The position numbers were made by a program, and so were the translations under genes. Shown here piece by piece: positions 19,906-29,949 of a stretch of 64,000 bases of DNA (positions are counted from its first letter, which is position 1; each line of letters opens with the position of its first letter). The stretch spans positions 576,001-640,000 of the forward strand of contig JAYFMW010000020.1 in the NCBI GenBank assembly GCA_042408215.1. The letters are read 5' to 3'. Below the pieces are notes generated by a model. It did no database searches, had not been told where the DNA came from, and worked only from the letters and a program-made list of their open reading frames with translations. Source of the stretch: Microcoleus sp. Its GTDB lineage: Bacteria > Cyanobacteriota > Cyanobacteriia > Cyanobacteriales > Microcoleaceae.

Positions 19906-21201
19906 CTCTAGGCTTTTTAGATTAAGCGTAGCCTCTGGGATGTTACGCTTGATTGCTTTTAACGCCACATTACGAGCCGCATTTAAGCCACTGTGAGCTT
20001 TATACCCATCAACCGTTGCTACTAATGCAGCGCCATTTTGATAGCCATCAAATTCAAGTAGAGTTGAAGGGAATTTGCATCCTCTCCAAAGTTGCTCACC
20101 CCACGGGGTAAGGCGGCTTGTATTCATGGGACTAACGCGAGTTGTGAGGATGGCATAATCTTGGTAAGCAATTCGTTTCACTTGTTCATAGATTTTGCCT
20201 TTTAACCAGTAGGCGCGTTTCTGATTTGAACGTCTGGAATATTTACCGCGTTTAGGTTGTAAATTTCCAAGGTGTTCAAAACTAATTACATCAGACCGCC
20301 AATGATTTGCGAACTCAACAAGTTCACGAGATACGGCTCTAGAATATTCAATCTCTCTAGCAGATAGAGAGTCCCATGCTGTTTTAGCGAATCCACGGGA
20401 AATAATCCCTGTTTTGCCCATCAAAATTGCAATCTTTCCTAGCTCCCGCTTCCTACGAGCTACATGACGCGACTGGTTAATGAAATGTCTAGCGACGACC
20501 GTCGTTTCGCCTCTGTCGTTGGTTTCTAAGATTGTGGCAATTACGATGAACTTGTCTAAATCCATGTCAATTCCGCAGGTCCGAAACGTGCCTTTTGCCA
20601 TGATTCCCTTGATCCCGCCCGTTGCAGGGACGTATTTCTCAAGGGGAAAAACTATCCACAAGGAGTCATTCTGAACCTGCACTCTAGGGGAGCCTTTGAC
20701 CCATTCAGTCGGAACGTCAGGACATTGATACTGATGTTTGATCCATTTCCATGAATCGCCTACTAGGATTTTCAGAACAATGGAGAAACCATCATCCTCT
20801 TTCCACATTCCAGAATCGTACTGAGGGTTAAAGTTGAATTTTCTGGGATGGACAGGTGGCTTGTGGTGCTTCATCCTTTTTGGGCGATTCAACCATTTTT
20901 GATAGGTTGAATTCCAACTTTGATAAGCACCAATCGCTTGCCTAATAGCGGCTCTTTTCATCGGAGAAGGAAAGCTTTTTACTCGTGGCTGATTAGCTGT
21001 AAGTAGCTCGTAGTAACGCCAGCCTCCATCTTCTTTGGTCGGGATGCTAATGCCTTGAGGATTTTCTACAATCAGCAAGAAATAGAAATGAACCAGCTCG
21101 TTATAAGCAGCTTTGGTGGGCTGCATATCAAAACCAGAACGAAGCAATTTCGCCTTGACCGACTTGGTTGTAATGGAAAATCCTTTTTGACGTTTTAGCA
21201 T
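19903..21201 (-). CDS. tnpB: Atypical TnpB/Cas12f-like RNA-guided RuvC protein (432 aa)
   Basis: RuvC-I CGIDMDLD, RuvC-II ISFEHL, VSPMNTSR, RuvC-III HSGLNAARNV; no CxxC zinc finger; no tnpA nearby. Confidence 0.8.
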   Translation of the reverse strand: MLKRQKGFSITTKSVKAKLLRSGFDMQPTKAAYNELVHFYFLLIVENPQGISIPTKEDGGWRYYELLTANQPRVKSFPSPMKRAAIRQAIGAYQSWNSTYQKWLNRPKRMKHHKPPVHPRKFNFNPQYDSGMWKEDDGFSIVLKILVGDSWKWIKHQYQCPDVPTEWVKGSPRVQVQNDSLWIVFPLEKYVPATGGIKGIMAKGTFRTCGIDMDLDKFIVIATILETNDRGETTVVARHFINQSRHVARRKRELGKIAILMGKTGIISRGFAKTAWDSLSAREIEYSRAVSRELVEFANHWRSDVISFEHLGNLQPKRGKYSRRSNQKRAYWLKGKIYEQVKRIAYQDYAILTTRVSPMNTSRLTPWGEQLWRGCKFPSTLLEFDGYQNGAALVATVDGYKAHSGLNAARNVALKAIKRNIPEATLNLKSLE

Positions 21202-21294
21202 CTTTCGACCAATGATGTTTATTCAACTACTACGATGACAATGGAATGAAACTAATCTAGAGACTTGATCCATTATACTCCAATATTTTCCTTT

Positions 21295-24200
21295 CTAGTA
21301 ATTAGACTTCGATCGCACTTTTTTCCCTTCCCCCTTCTGACTACCACCGCCCCGCACCAGATGAAAAATCCAGATTTGGAAACCATCCATATAAGTAAAA
21401 ATCACCGGAATCACCACCAAAGTCAACAGCGTAGAAGTCATCAAACCACCAATAACCGCCATCGCCATCGGGCTCCGCACCTGAGAACCGGCGCCAATTC
21501 CCAGGGCGATCGGCATCATTCCAGCGATCATGGCGATCGTCGTCATCAAAATCGGCCGCAAGCGCGCCACCCCCGAATCCAGCGTCGCCTCATACATCGG
21601 CTTACCTTCCTTCTGATTAAGAATCGCGTAATCCACCAACAAAATCGAATTTTTCGTCACAATTCCCATCAGCAACACGATCCCAATCAAAGCGTACAGC
21701 CCCAAAGACTTCTGCCCCACCAGCAATCCCAGCAGCGCGCCCCCAACTGACAAAGGCAGCGCAGCCATAATTGTCACCGGGTGCAGGAAATTCGCAAACA
21801 GCAGCACCAACACAGCATAAATCAACAAAACCGCCGTTCCCAAAGCCCCCGCAAAACCGCTGAACACATCCATCATCACCTTCGCATCTCCCGACGATTC
21901 CTGTTCGACGCCAGGCGGCAGAGGATTCATCGCAGGTAGTTGTTTCACCGCAGCGGAAGCTTCTCCCAAAGTAGTACCGCGCCACAAATTGCCCTCCACA
22001 GAAACTTGGCGAGCTCTGTCATAGCGATCGATCTGAGAAGGCCCGCTACCCAAAGCAATATCAGCCACCGCCCTCAAAGGCACCAAAGTATTATTTTTAC
22101 CCGGTACTTGTAGATTCTTAATTGTTTCGATATCGCTGCGAAACTGCGGTGCCAACATCACATGAATCGGAATTTGTCTATCTGGCAAATCGAACTTAGC
22201 AAGATTCGATTCAATATCTCCGATAGTTGCCAGAGTTGCAGTGCGAGCAATTTGTTGTACAGATACACCCTGATCCGCCGCCCGATGCGGATCGGGTTTA
22301 ACCAGGATTTCTGGCTTCACCAAACTCGCACTAGATTGCACCTCAATCAATCCCGGCACCTGACTCATTTGTTGAGTAAGAGCAAGAGCTGTTTTAGTTA
22401 AAGCAGTAGCATTTTCGCTTTTAAGGACGATCGACATTTGCTTTCTACCCCCCACTCGCCCTTGAGCAAAACTGAGCCGCACACCGGGAACATCCGTGAG
22501 TTTGGGGCGCATTTCCTCTTCAAACTGCTGTTGCTTAATCCGTTTGTCAGCCGGTTTGAGTTTCACATAAAGAGTCCCTGTATTCACACCACTAGCACGG
22601 GCAGTACCCCCACCGGGGCCACCAGAAACTGTCGGAGAACCTTCTGTCTCCAAAACGCTTTCGACTGCTGGATGGACGAGCAACAATTTAGTTGCTTGTT
22701 GTACAGCTAAATCCGTCTGCTGGAGAGTGGAACCGGGAGGAAGTTCAATAGAGACAGTCGAAAGTCCAGTATCATCGCGATCGATAAACCCAGTCGGAAT
22801 ATAAGGTATTAATTTAAAACTGCCGAATAATAAAGCCACAGCCATAATTAGGACGATCGCCCGATGTTTAAGCGACCACATTAAAAGCCGTCGATACTGA
22901 TAGGATAATTGGTCTTTTTTTAACTGTTTCTGATGGTGTCCTTTATCCTTAAACAAATAAGCAGCCATCATCGGAGTCACAGTTCGAGCTACCAGCAGCG
23001 AAAACAAAACCGACGCCGAAACCGTCACCCCAAAAGGTCGAAAAAACTGACCCGGAATTCCCGGCATAAAAGCCACCGGTGCAAATACCGCGACAATCGT
23101 CATAGTAGTAGCAACAACAGCCAAACCAATTTCAGCAGAAGCATCCAAAGAAGCTTGATAGGGAGTTTTCCCCATCCCGACATGGCGTTCGATATTTTCA
23201 ATTTCGACGATCGCATCATCTACCAATACACCCACCACCAGCGCCAGCGCCAACAAAGTCATGCTGTTGAGGGTATAGCCCAAAAGTCGGAGTACAGCAA
23301 AAGTAGGAATTGCCGACAGCGGTAAAGCCACAGAAGCAATCAGAGTTGCCCGCCAATCCCGCAAAAAGATTAAAATAGTAATTACCGCTAAAGCCGCCCC
23401 CAAAAATAAAGCATCCACAGAAGCTTCATAGGAATCTCGGATGTGATCTGCTAGGGTATAAATAAGTTCCAACTTGACATCAGTTGGCAAAGTCTTTTCC
23501 ATTTTTTCCACAGTTTTCCGCACCGCTTCTTCGACAGTAACGAGAGTGCTGCCGGTACTGCGAAGGATAGAAAAAGCCACTACAGGTTTGCCATTAAGTC
23601 GCGCCGCCTGACGCGCCTCTGCATAGCCCTCAGTCACTTCTCCCAAACTAGAAAGAGGAACAAAACCACCTTTGGGCAAAGTAATTTGATAGGTTTTCAA
23701 TTCATCGAGAGTTTTGGCACTACCGAGGGTGCGGACTGTTTGTTCTGAATTGCCAATTTCGGTTCGACCGCCCGGTAAATTGATATTAAAATTGCGAATT
23801 TGGTCATTAACTTGGGTAGCTGTAATGCCAAGACTTTTCAGTTGTTCAGGGTTCAAATCAACTCGAATATCCTTGTCTCTACCTCCGATGCGCTGCACTT
23901 GAGCAACACCTTTGACAGAGAGGAGACTACGGCTGATATTTTGGTCGATCAACTCGCTTAACTGTTCTACGGATTGGCGATCGGAAACCACAGCATAGGA
24001 CATGATGGAACTGCCCGCAAACTCAACCCGCTTGACGACTGGATCGTTGATATCTTGCGGTAGGCCTTGGCGGATTTGGGCGATCGCATTGCGGACATCA
24101 TTCGTAGCGCGATCGCTATTAGTGCCTAGCAGAAAGTTAACCGTAGTATTAGAAGAACCATCATTAACCGTCGAGATAATGTGGTCGATATTACCCAAAC

Positions 24201-24423
24201 CAGCAACAGCATCTTCAACTTTTTTAGTAACTTGAGATTCAAGTTCCGACGGATCTGCCCCCGGTTGGCTAACAGAAATCGAAACAGAAGGAACATCAAT
24301 ATTAGGCGAATCATCAATCCCCAAAACCGGAAAAGATATTAAGCCACCTATTGTCAAGATTAAGAATAAAACAATAGTAGGAACAGGCTGTTTAATCGAC
24401 CAAGCAGAAATATTGAAAGACAT
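21295..24423 (-). CDS. RND efflux permease (AcrB/AcrD/AcrF family)
   Basis: MSFNISAWSIKQP start at 24423; GVLVDDAIVEIENI, GIVTKNSILLVD and RLRPILMTT motifs; the longer ORF N-terminus is STRR-derived. Confidence 0.96.
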   Translation of the reverse strand: MSFNISAWSIKQPVPTIVLFLILTIGGLISFPVLGIDDSPNIDVPSVSISVSQPGADPSELESQVTKKVEDAVAGLGNIDHIISTVNDGSSNTTVNFLLGTNSDRATNDVRNAIAQIRQGLPQDINDPVVKRVEFAGSSIMSYAVVSDRQSVEQLSELIDQNISRSLLSVKGVAQVQRIGGRDKDIRVDLNPEQLKSLGITATQVNDQIRNFNINLPGGRTEIGNSEQTVRTLGSAKTLDELKTYQITLPKGGFVPLSSLGEVTEGYAEARQAARLNGKPVVAFSILRSTGSTLVTVEEAVRKTVEKMEKTLPTDVKLELIYTLADHIRDSYEASVDALFLGAALAVITILIFLRDWRATLIASVALPLSAIPTFAVLRLLGYTLNSMTLLALALVVGVLVDDAIVEIENIERHVGMGKTPYQASLDASAEIGLAVVATTMTIVAVFAPVAFMPGIPGQFFRPFGVTVSASVLFSLLVARTVTPMMAAYLFKDKGHHQKQLKKDQLSYQYRRLLMWSLKHRAIVLIMAVALLFGSFKLIPYIPTGFIDRDDTGLSTVSIELPPGSTLQQTDLAVQQATKLLLVHPAVESVLETEGSPTVSGGPGGGTARASGVNTGTLYVKLKPADKRIKQQQFEEEMRPKLTDVPGVRLSFAQGRVGGRKQMSIVLKSENATALTKTALALTQQMSQVPGLIEVQSSASLVKPEILVKPDPHRAADQGVSVQQIARTATLATIGDIESNLAKFDLPDRQIPIHVMLAPQFRSDIETIKNLQVPGKNNTLVPLRAVADIALGSGPSQIDRYDRARQVSVEGNLWRGTTLGEASAAVKQLPAMNPLPPGVEQESSGDAKVMMDVFSGFAGALGTAVLLIYAVLVLLFANFLHPVTIMAALPLSVGGALLGLLVGQKSLGLYALIGIVLLMGIVTKNSILLVDYAILNQKEGKPMYEATLDSGVARLRPILMTTIAMIAGMMPIALGIGAGSQVRSPMAMAVIGGLMTSTLLTLVVIPVIFTYMDGFQIWIFHLVRGGGSQKGEGKKVRSKSNY

Positions 24424-24425
24424 AA

Positions 24426-24890
24426 TGGGGAATGGGGAATGGGGCATTGGGCATTGGGCATTGGGCATTGGGAATTGGGCATTGGGGATTGGGGATTGAG
24501 AATTGAGAATTGGGAATGGGGAATTTGGCATGGGGCATCTTCGCCGAAAAGCATTGGTTATTTGTTATTAGAAAAACTACTAACAATTACCAATTACCGA
24601 TTACCGATTACCAATTACCAATTACCAATTACCAATTACCAATTACCGATTACCGATTTCCCATTACCATGACTAATGACTAATGACTAATGACTAATGA
24701 CTAATGACTACTGACTACTAACTAATGACTACTGACTACTGACTACTAACTAATGACTACTGACTACTAACTAATGACTACTGACTACTGACTACTGACT
24801 AATGACTACTGACTACTGACTAATGACTACTGACTACTGACTACTGACTAATGACTACTAACTAATGACTACTGACTACTGACTAATGAC
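24426..24890. repeat. Large composite STRR block (TGGGCAT/TGGGGAT, ATTACCA, GACTAAT/GACTACT)
   Basis: About 460 bp of mostly tandem 7-mers between the MFP and RND genes. Confidence 0.92.
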
Positions 24891-26680
24891 TATTTAACAA
24901 CCTTAACCCGATCGCCATCTTTGAGATAACCAGCCCCAGCAATCACTACCCGATCGCCCGCCTTCAAACCCTTTTTAATCTCCACCTTAGCATTCGTCAA
25001 ATCACCAACAGCCCCCCCAGAAATTTCCCCAACTTCCACAGTTTGAGCCAGCACCTTATCCTCACCAACAAGTTTATAAACCACAGCACCACCGTCAGAT
25101 TGCGGTAAAATAGCCTTAGCAGGGACTTTCAAACCTTGAGCCGTTGCCGTCGCAATAGATGCGTGCAAAAACATTCCCGATCGCAAAAACTCATTTTGAG
25201 GCAAATCAATTTTCACCGTTGCTTGGCGATTTTGAGGGTCAACCAGCGGCGAAATATCTCGCACAGTTCCTGCTAATTTAATCCGCTTGTCAGATTCAGA
25301 AGTAATGCGGACTGCTGTTCCCAGCCTCACCAGCCCTAGTTGAGTTTCCGGCACTTTCAATTGCAATTCTAGCTTATTTCCCCGAATAATCGAAAAGAGT
25401 TTTTGACTCCCCGAAGAAACATCACCAACACGACCAATTCTTTCAGCAACAGTGCCACTATCCGGTGCTCGAACTACAGTTTGTTCTAGTTGAGTTTGTA
25501 ACTGTTTGACTCGCGCTTCATTGCTGCGGACACTTGCTGCGTTATTTCCGACATTAGCCCTAGCACTGCCGATCGTTGTGGCGGTCGTATTAACTTTAGC
25601 TTGAGCAACGCTGACAGCAGCTTTAGCCTTATTGATATTAGCTTCGGCATTAACTACTTTAGCAAGAGCCGATCGCACTTCTTCCACTTCTTTATTCTGT
25701 TCTTCCAAAGCTCTATTCAAATCAGCTTTAGCTTTGTTCAAATCTTGAACAGCAGTCTGCTGTTCCGTCTTGCGCCTTTCTAAATCTTGCTGACTAACAA
25801 CTCCCTGAGAGGCCAAATCTTGGGTGCGATTTACTTCTCTTTGAGCTTGTTCTAATTTAGCGCGAGCCGAAGCAATGCTAGCTTGAGCTTGATTGACACC
25901 GGCTTTAGCTTGCTCGAGACCAGCTTTAGCTTGGCCGACACCTGTTTTAACTTGTACTAACTCAGCGACAGTTGTTTCAACACCAGCTTGGGCTTGAGTA
26001 ACGCCGGCTTCGGCTTCCTTTTGGGTAGACTGGGCTTGTAGCACCTGAGCTTCGGCTTGTTCTACCGTAGAATCGGCCGATTGTACTTTAGCAACAGCTT
26101 CGGCAATTTGCGATCGCAACACCGAATCATCCAAAACCGCCATAACCTGACCTTTTTCTACCGCATCTCCTTCCGCCACCAAAACCTGCTTAATTTGCAG
26201 CCCATTAGCTTGCGGCAGCACCGGCAGCAAATCGTAAGCCGCCACAGTGCCGGTTGCTTCCAGAGTTTGAGCCACCGCAGCCGATTCCACCGGTGCCACT
26301 GTCACAGTCTGAGCAATCGGTGCTGGAGAGGCTGGTTTTGCTTGAACTGCGGGAGGCGCACTTTGGCGTAGTATCAAGTGTTCTGTCGCCAGCGTTGCTG
26401 CAATACCTATTCCTACGCCCGCCAACACTGACCACCACCTGATGCCTTTGCTGGGCGTCGATTCAGGCTCTTCTGCTTCCCAAACTGCTGATTCTTCCCT
26501 ATCCATTTCTGGAACTTGTAGAGGAATTTCTCGTTCATCTTCCTCAGAGGCTAGTTCCCGGCGATACTCGTCTTTGACGCCACCTTCAAACAGGTTCACG
26601 GCTTCGTTGCTGTCGCGCCCGTTGTGTATGTGGTGAAGAGGTTGCATTTCTTCCGCTTCTGAGATAACTTGATTTGTCAC
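24890..26680 (-). CDS. RND efflux periplasmic adaptor (membrane fusion protein) with extended coiled coil
   Basis: TM anchor, lipoyl halves (VLVAEGDAVEKGQVM; VRAPDSG), long Ala/Gln hairpin, GLKAGDRVV; upstream of the RND gene. Confidence 0.93.
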   Translation of the reverse strand: MTNQVISEAEEMQPLHHIHNGRDSNEAVNLFEGGVKDEYRRELASEEDEREIPLQVPEMDREESAVWEAEEPESTPSKGIRWWSVLAGVGIGIAATLATEHLILRQSAPPAVQAKPASPAPIAQTVTVAPVESAAVAQTLEATGTVAAYDLLPVLPQANGLQIKQVLVAEGDAVEKGQVMAVLDDSVLRSQIAEAVAKVQSADSTVEQAEAQVLQAQSTQKEAEAGVTQAQAGVETTVAELVQVKTGVGQAKAGLEQAKAGVNQAQASIASARAKLEQAQREVNRTQDLASQGVVSQQDLERRKTEQQTAVQDLNKAKADLNRALEEQNKEVEEVRSALAKVVNAEANINKAKAAVSVAQAKVNTTATTIGSARANVGNNAASVRSNEARVKQLQTQLEQTVVRAPDSGTVAERIGRVGDVSSGSQKLFSIIRGNKLELQLKVPETQLGLVRLGTAVRITSESDKRIKLAGTVRDISPLVDPQNRQATVKIDLPQNEFLRSGMFLHASIATATAQGLKVPAKAILPQSDGGAVVYKLVGEDKVLAQTVEVGEISGGAVGDLTNAKVEIKKGLKAGDRVVIAGAGYLKDGDRVKVVK

Positions 26681-27074
26681 AGTAGTTCCTCCCGCCGGTT
26701 TGAGCCTTTGGTTTTTTATATTGTAAAGAAAGATTGCGGTCTTAAGATCTATATCATTTTAACGGAGGGTGTCAGCAGTGGCGCGTCCTCCTGTTGGGTG
26801 AGTGTGTCCTGATTTCGGGTTGCAGCATTTAAGAAAGTGACTCCACGGAGCGATCGGGCGGCTTGTACCCTGGATGCTTGATTGTCAGAGCGATCGGGTC
26901 GATCGGGCTAAATTCTCTTTCCAGAAGCTGTTTTGCCGTCACCAACTCATCAATAATCAGGTAATTAAGTCTAATCGGGAACTAATTATTGTTAGTTTAT
27001 ATTCTAATATGTTTAGTGTAGAATAAGGCACATCTACCCCAAAAGTTGTGCCATTTTAATTGACAAACATCCCA

Positions 27075-28172
27075 ATGAATAATCTCTTTTCTCCCGTCCA
27101 ACAGTTTCTAATTACTTGGCTGCTAGTCCTAGTGACGGGGTGGTTTACCTTGGCTGCTGTCAATTATGTTGGAGAACTGGTCAGCATTTTAGTAACAGCG
27201 GGACTGATTGCGTTTTTATTGAACTACGCAGTAGTAAGACTGCAAGTATTTTTGCCGCGGGGAATAGCTGCGGGGCTGGTTTATTTGACGGCGGGTTTGC
27301 TATTAGTAGTAATTGGTCTAACTATTGTGCCGCCAGTGTTCAGCCAAGGGAGACAGTTGGGGGTGAGGTTCCCGGAATTGCTGGAGTCTGGGCGACAGCA
27401 GCTAGATGAATTCCAAACTTGGAGTGCCGATCGCAATTTGCCTTTTAACGTGGAAATTTTGGAACAGCAACTATCTGCTAAGGTGCAAGAACAAGTGCAG
27501 GCGATCGCGAGTAAGAGTTTAGGCTTAGTTGTCGGTACTGTCAACTGGTTTTTGGATTTAATTCTAATTCTAGTAATTTCATTTTATATGCTCCTAGACG
27601 GACAAAGAGTATGGGGTGGTTTGACAAGTATTTTTTCCCCAGACATTCGCTATGTTTTAACCGAAACTTTACAGCGAAACCTCCAGCGGTTTGTATCGGG
27701 ACAGTTGCTGCTAGGACTATTTATGGCGACAGCACTGACTCTGGCTTTTTGGTGGCTGCGAGTGCCATTTTTCCTGTTATTTGCCGTATTTATAGGGTTG
27801 ACGGAAATAATTCCGTTTATCGGTGCAACTTTGGGAATTGGAACTGTTAGTATAACTGTAGCGTTTATTGATTGGTGGCAGGCGCTGCAAGTCTTAGTAG
27901 TTGCGATCGCCCTTCAGCAAGTCAAGGACAATTTAGTAGCTCCCCGGATCATGGGCACTCTCACGGGGTTGAGTCCGGTAATTATTTTCACAGCTTTGCT
28001 GTTAGGAGGTAGAGTCGGAGGATTGTTGGGAGTTATCCTCGCAATTCCGTTAACTGGGGTAGTAAAAAGTATAGTAGAAATTGTACTCAATCCCAAATTG
28101 CCACCGCAAACAGGTTCATTTTTCTACAATCCCTTTAGCGACGAAGAATTACATAAAAACGATAGTCATTAG
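27075..28172 (+). CDS. AI-2E family (PerM/UPF0118) transporter
   Basis: Multi-TM protein with IIPFIGA, QQVKDNLVAPRIMG and GLLGVILAIP motifs. Confidence 0.9.
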   Translation: MNNLFSPVQQFLITWLLVLVTGWFTLAAVNYVGELVSILVTAGLIAFLLNYAVVRLQVFLPRGIAAGLVYLTAGLLLVVIGLTIVPPVFSQGRQLGVRFPELLESGRQQLDEFQTWSADRNLPFNVEILEQQLSAKVQEQVQAIASKSLGLVVGTVNWFLDLILILVISFYMLLDGQRVWGGLTSIFSPDIRYVLTETLQRNLQRFVSGQLLLGLFMATALTLAFWWLRVPFFLLFAVFIGLTEIIPFIGATLGIGTVSITVAFIDWWQALQVLVVAIALQQVKDNLVAPRIMGTLTGLSPVIIFTALLLGGRVGGLLGVILAIPLTGVVKSIVEIVLNPKLPPQTGSFFYNPFSDEELHKNDSH

Positions 28173-28456
28173 TTAGTAGTCATTAGTCAGTAGTCAGTAG
28201 TCATTAGTCATTAGTCATTAGTCATTAGTCATTAGTCAGTAGTTGGTAGTTAGTAGTTAGTAGTTAGTAGTCAGTAGTCAGTAGTCAGTAGTCAGTAGTC
28301 ATTAGTCATTAGTCATTAGTCATTAGTCAGTAGTTGGTAGTTAGTAGTTAGTAGTTAGTAGTCAGGAGTCATTAGTCAGTAGTCAGTAGTCAGTAGTCAT
28401 TAGTCATTAGTCAGTAGTCAGTAGTCATTAGTCATTAGTCATTAGTCAGTAGTCAT
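28163..28456. repeat. STRR tract (TAGTCAT/TAGTCAG)
   Basis: About 40 tandem 7-mers with an internal larger duplication. Confidence 0.9.
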
Positions 28457-28521
28457 TGGTAGCAGCTAACAACTTAGAAATAACAACCGTCAACAGTCAA
28501 CAATCAACAATTTCAAAACAT

Positions 28522-29592
28522 ATGAAATGGTGGCAAAATCTTAAAAATAATCCTCTAGCCCGGTTGGGAGCCGTACTACTATTAATTTTTTACACAGGAG
28601 CAATTTTAGCTGATTTTGTAGCACCTTACGACCCCTACGACTCTCAATTAAACGGTTCCTTGCTACCGCCAACTCAGATTCATTTGACAGCCCCTGACGG
28701 CAGATTTATCGGGCCGCACGTTTATCCAACCACCCAGGGCCCAGTGGATGCAAATACAGGCGATCGCGAAGTAATTGTAGACTCGCGAAAACCTTCCTCT
28801 CTAGTTTTATTTGTCAAAGGTTCCCCCTATAAATTTTGGGGAATCGTGCCTTTAGATAGACACCTGTTTGGTACTATAGGAGAAGGCAAAATTAACATTT
28901 TAGGCACGGACGAACAAGCACGCGACCAATTTACCCGCTTAGTACACGGTAGCCGCATTAGCCTTAGCATCGGTTTAGTAGGAATAGCAATTTCTTTTCC
29001 TTTAGGGCTATTAATAGGAGGAATTTCCGGTTATTTTGGTGGTTGGATTGATAGTATTTTGATGCGATTCGTCGAAGTATTGATGACGATTCCCGGTCTC
29101 TATTTATTAGTAGCACTAGCAGCAGTTCTGCCTCCGGGATTGACAAGCGCTCAGCGATTTATGTTGATCGTGATGATTACTTCATTCATCAGTTGGACTG
29201 GTTTAGCGCGGGTAATTCGCGGTCAAGTTCTCTCGATTAAACAACTAGAATTTGTCCAAGCGGCACGGGCTATGGGTGCGAATCCACTTTATATTATTGT
29301 CCGCCACGTACTACCCCAGACTGCAACTTACGTGATTATTTCCGCTACTTTATCGGTTCCTAGTTTTATTGTGGCGGAGTCGGTTTTGAGTTTGATTGGT
29401 TTGGGAATTCAACAGCCAGATCCTTCTTGGGGAAATTTGCTTTCGCTGTCTACTAATGCTTCAATTTTAGTGTTGCAGCCTTGGTTAGTTTGGCCCCCCG
29501 CGATTTTGATTATTTCGACAGTGTTGGCGTTTAATTTATTGGGTGATGGGTTGCGGGATGCTCTCGATCCGAGAAGCGCTCAAAGGAATTAA
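28522..29592 (+). CDS. Peptide/nickel ABC transporter permease (DppC/OppC-like)
   Basis: LGTDEQARDQFTR, EFVQAARAMGA EAA loop, FNLLGDGLRDALDP. Confidence 0.93.
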   Translation: MKWWQNLKNNPLARLGAVLLLIFYTGAILADFVAPYDPYDSQLNGSLLPPTQIHLTAPDGRFIGPHVYPTTQGPVDANTGDREVIVDSRKPSSLVLFVKGSPYKFWGIVPLDRHLFGTIGEGKINILGTDEQARDQFTRLVHGSRISLSIGLVGIAISFPLGLLIGGISGYFGGWIDSILMRFVEVLMTIPGLYLLVALAAVLPPGLTSAQRFMLIVMITSFISWTGLARVIRGQVLSIKQLEFVQAARAMGANPLYIIVRHVLPQTATYVIISATLSVPSFIVAESVLSLIGLGIQQPDPSWGNLLSLSTNASILVLQPWLVWPPAILIISTVLAFNLLGDGLRDALDPRSAQRN

Positions 29593-29596
29593 ATCA

Positions 29597-29700
29597 TGGG
29601 GAATGGGTAATTGGGAATGGGTAATTGGTAATGGGTAATTGGTAATTGGGTATTGGAAATTGGGCATTGGAAATTGGGCATTGGGCATTGGGCATTGGGC
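29597..29700. repeat. STRR tract (TGGGAAT/TGGTAAT/TGGGCAT)
   Basis: Tandem 7-mers. Confidence 0.85.
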
Positions 29701-29710
29701 GCCGTCATTA

Positions 29711-29888
29711 GTGTCAACTTAAGGTCAAACCCAGTCATAGACTGTTGTTTGACTATTAAATCTAGATCCCCCCGCATTCTTGCCCCCTACTCTACCTCTA
29801 CTCCCCTTAAGAAGGGGGGACAGGAATCTTCTCAAAGTCACCCCCTACTCACACCCTACTCCCTTCTTAAGGGGGATTTAGGGGGATC
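29711..29888. mobile_element. MITE-like GTGTCAACTTAAG-family element (copy 2, right end missing)
   Basis: Left end and internal hairpins match copies 1, 3 and 4. Confidence 0.65.
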
Positions 29889-29949
29889 GAGACCTGACTA
29901 CCAGCGACATTGACGCGGACTAAAAGAGTTTCTTCCCTCTTCCTTCGTA

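Noticed and set aside
19643..19996. ORFs 19643..19891 (-) and 19775..19996 (+)
   Set aside because: No family motifs; the region is better explained by nested RNA stems.
24360..24672. ORFs such as MPNAQCP.../MGHWALG... and the extended RND N-terminus
   Set aside because: These are translations of STRR heptamers; the same applies to ORFs at 15297-15722 and 29589-29913.
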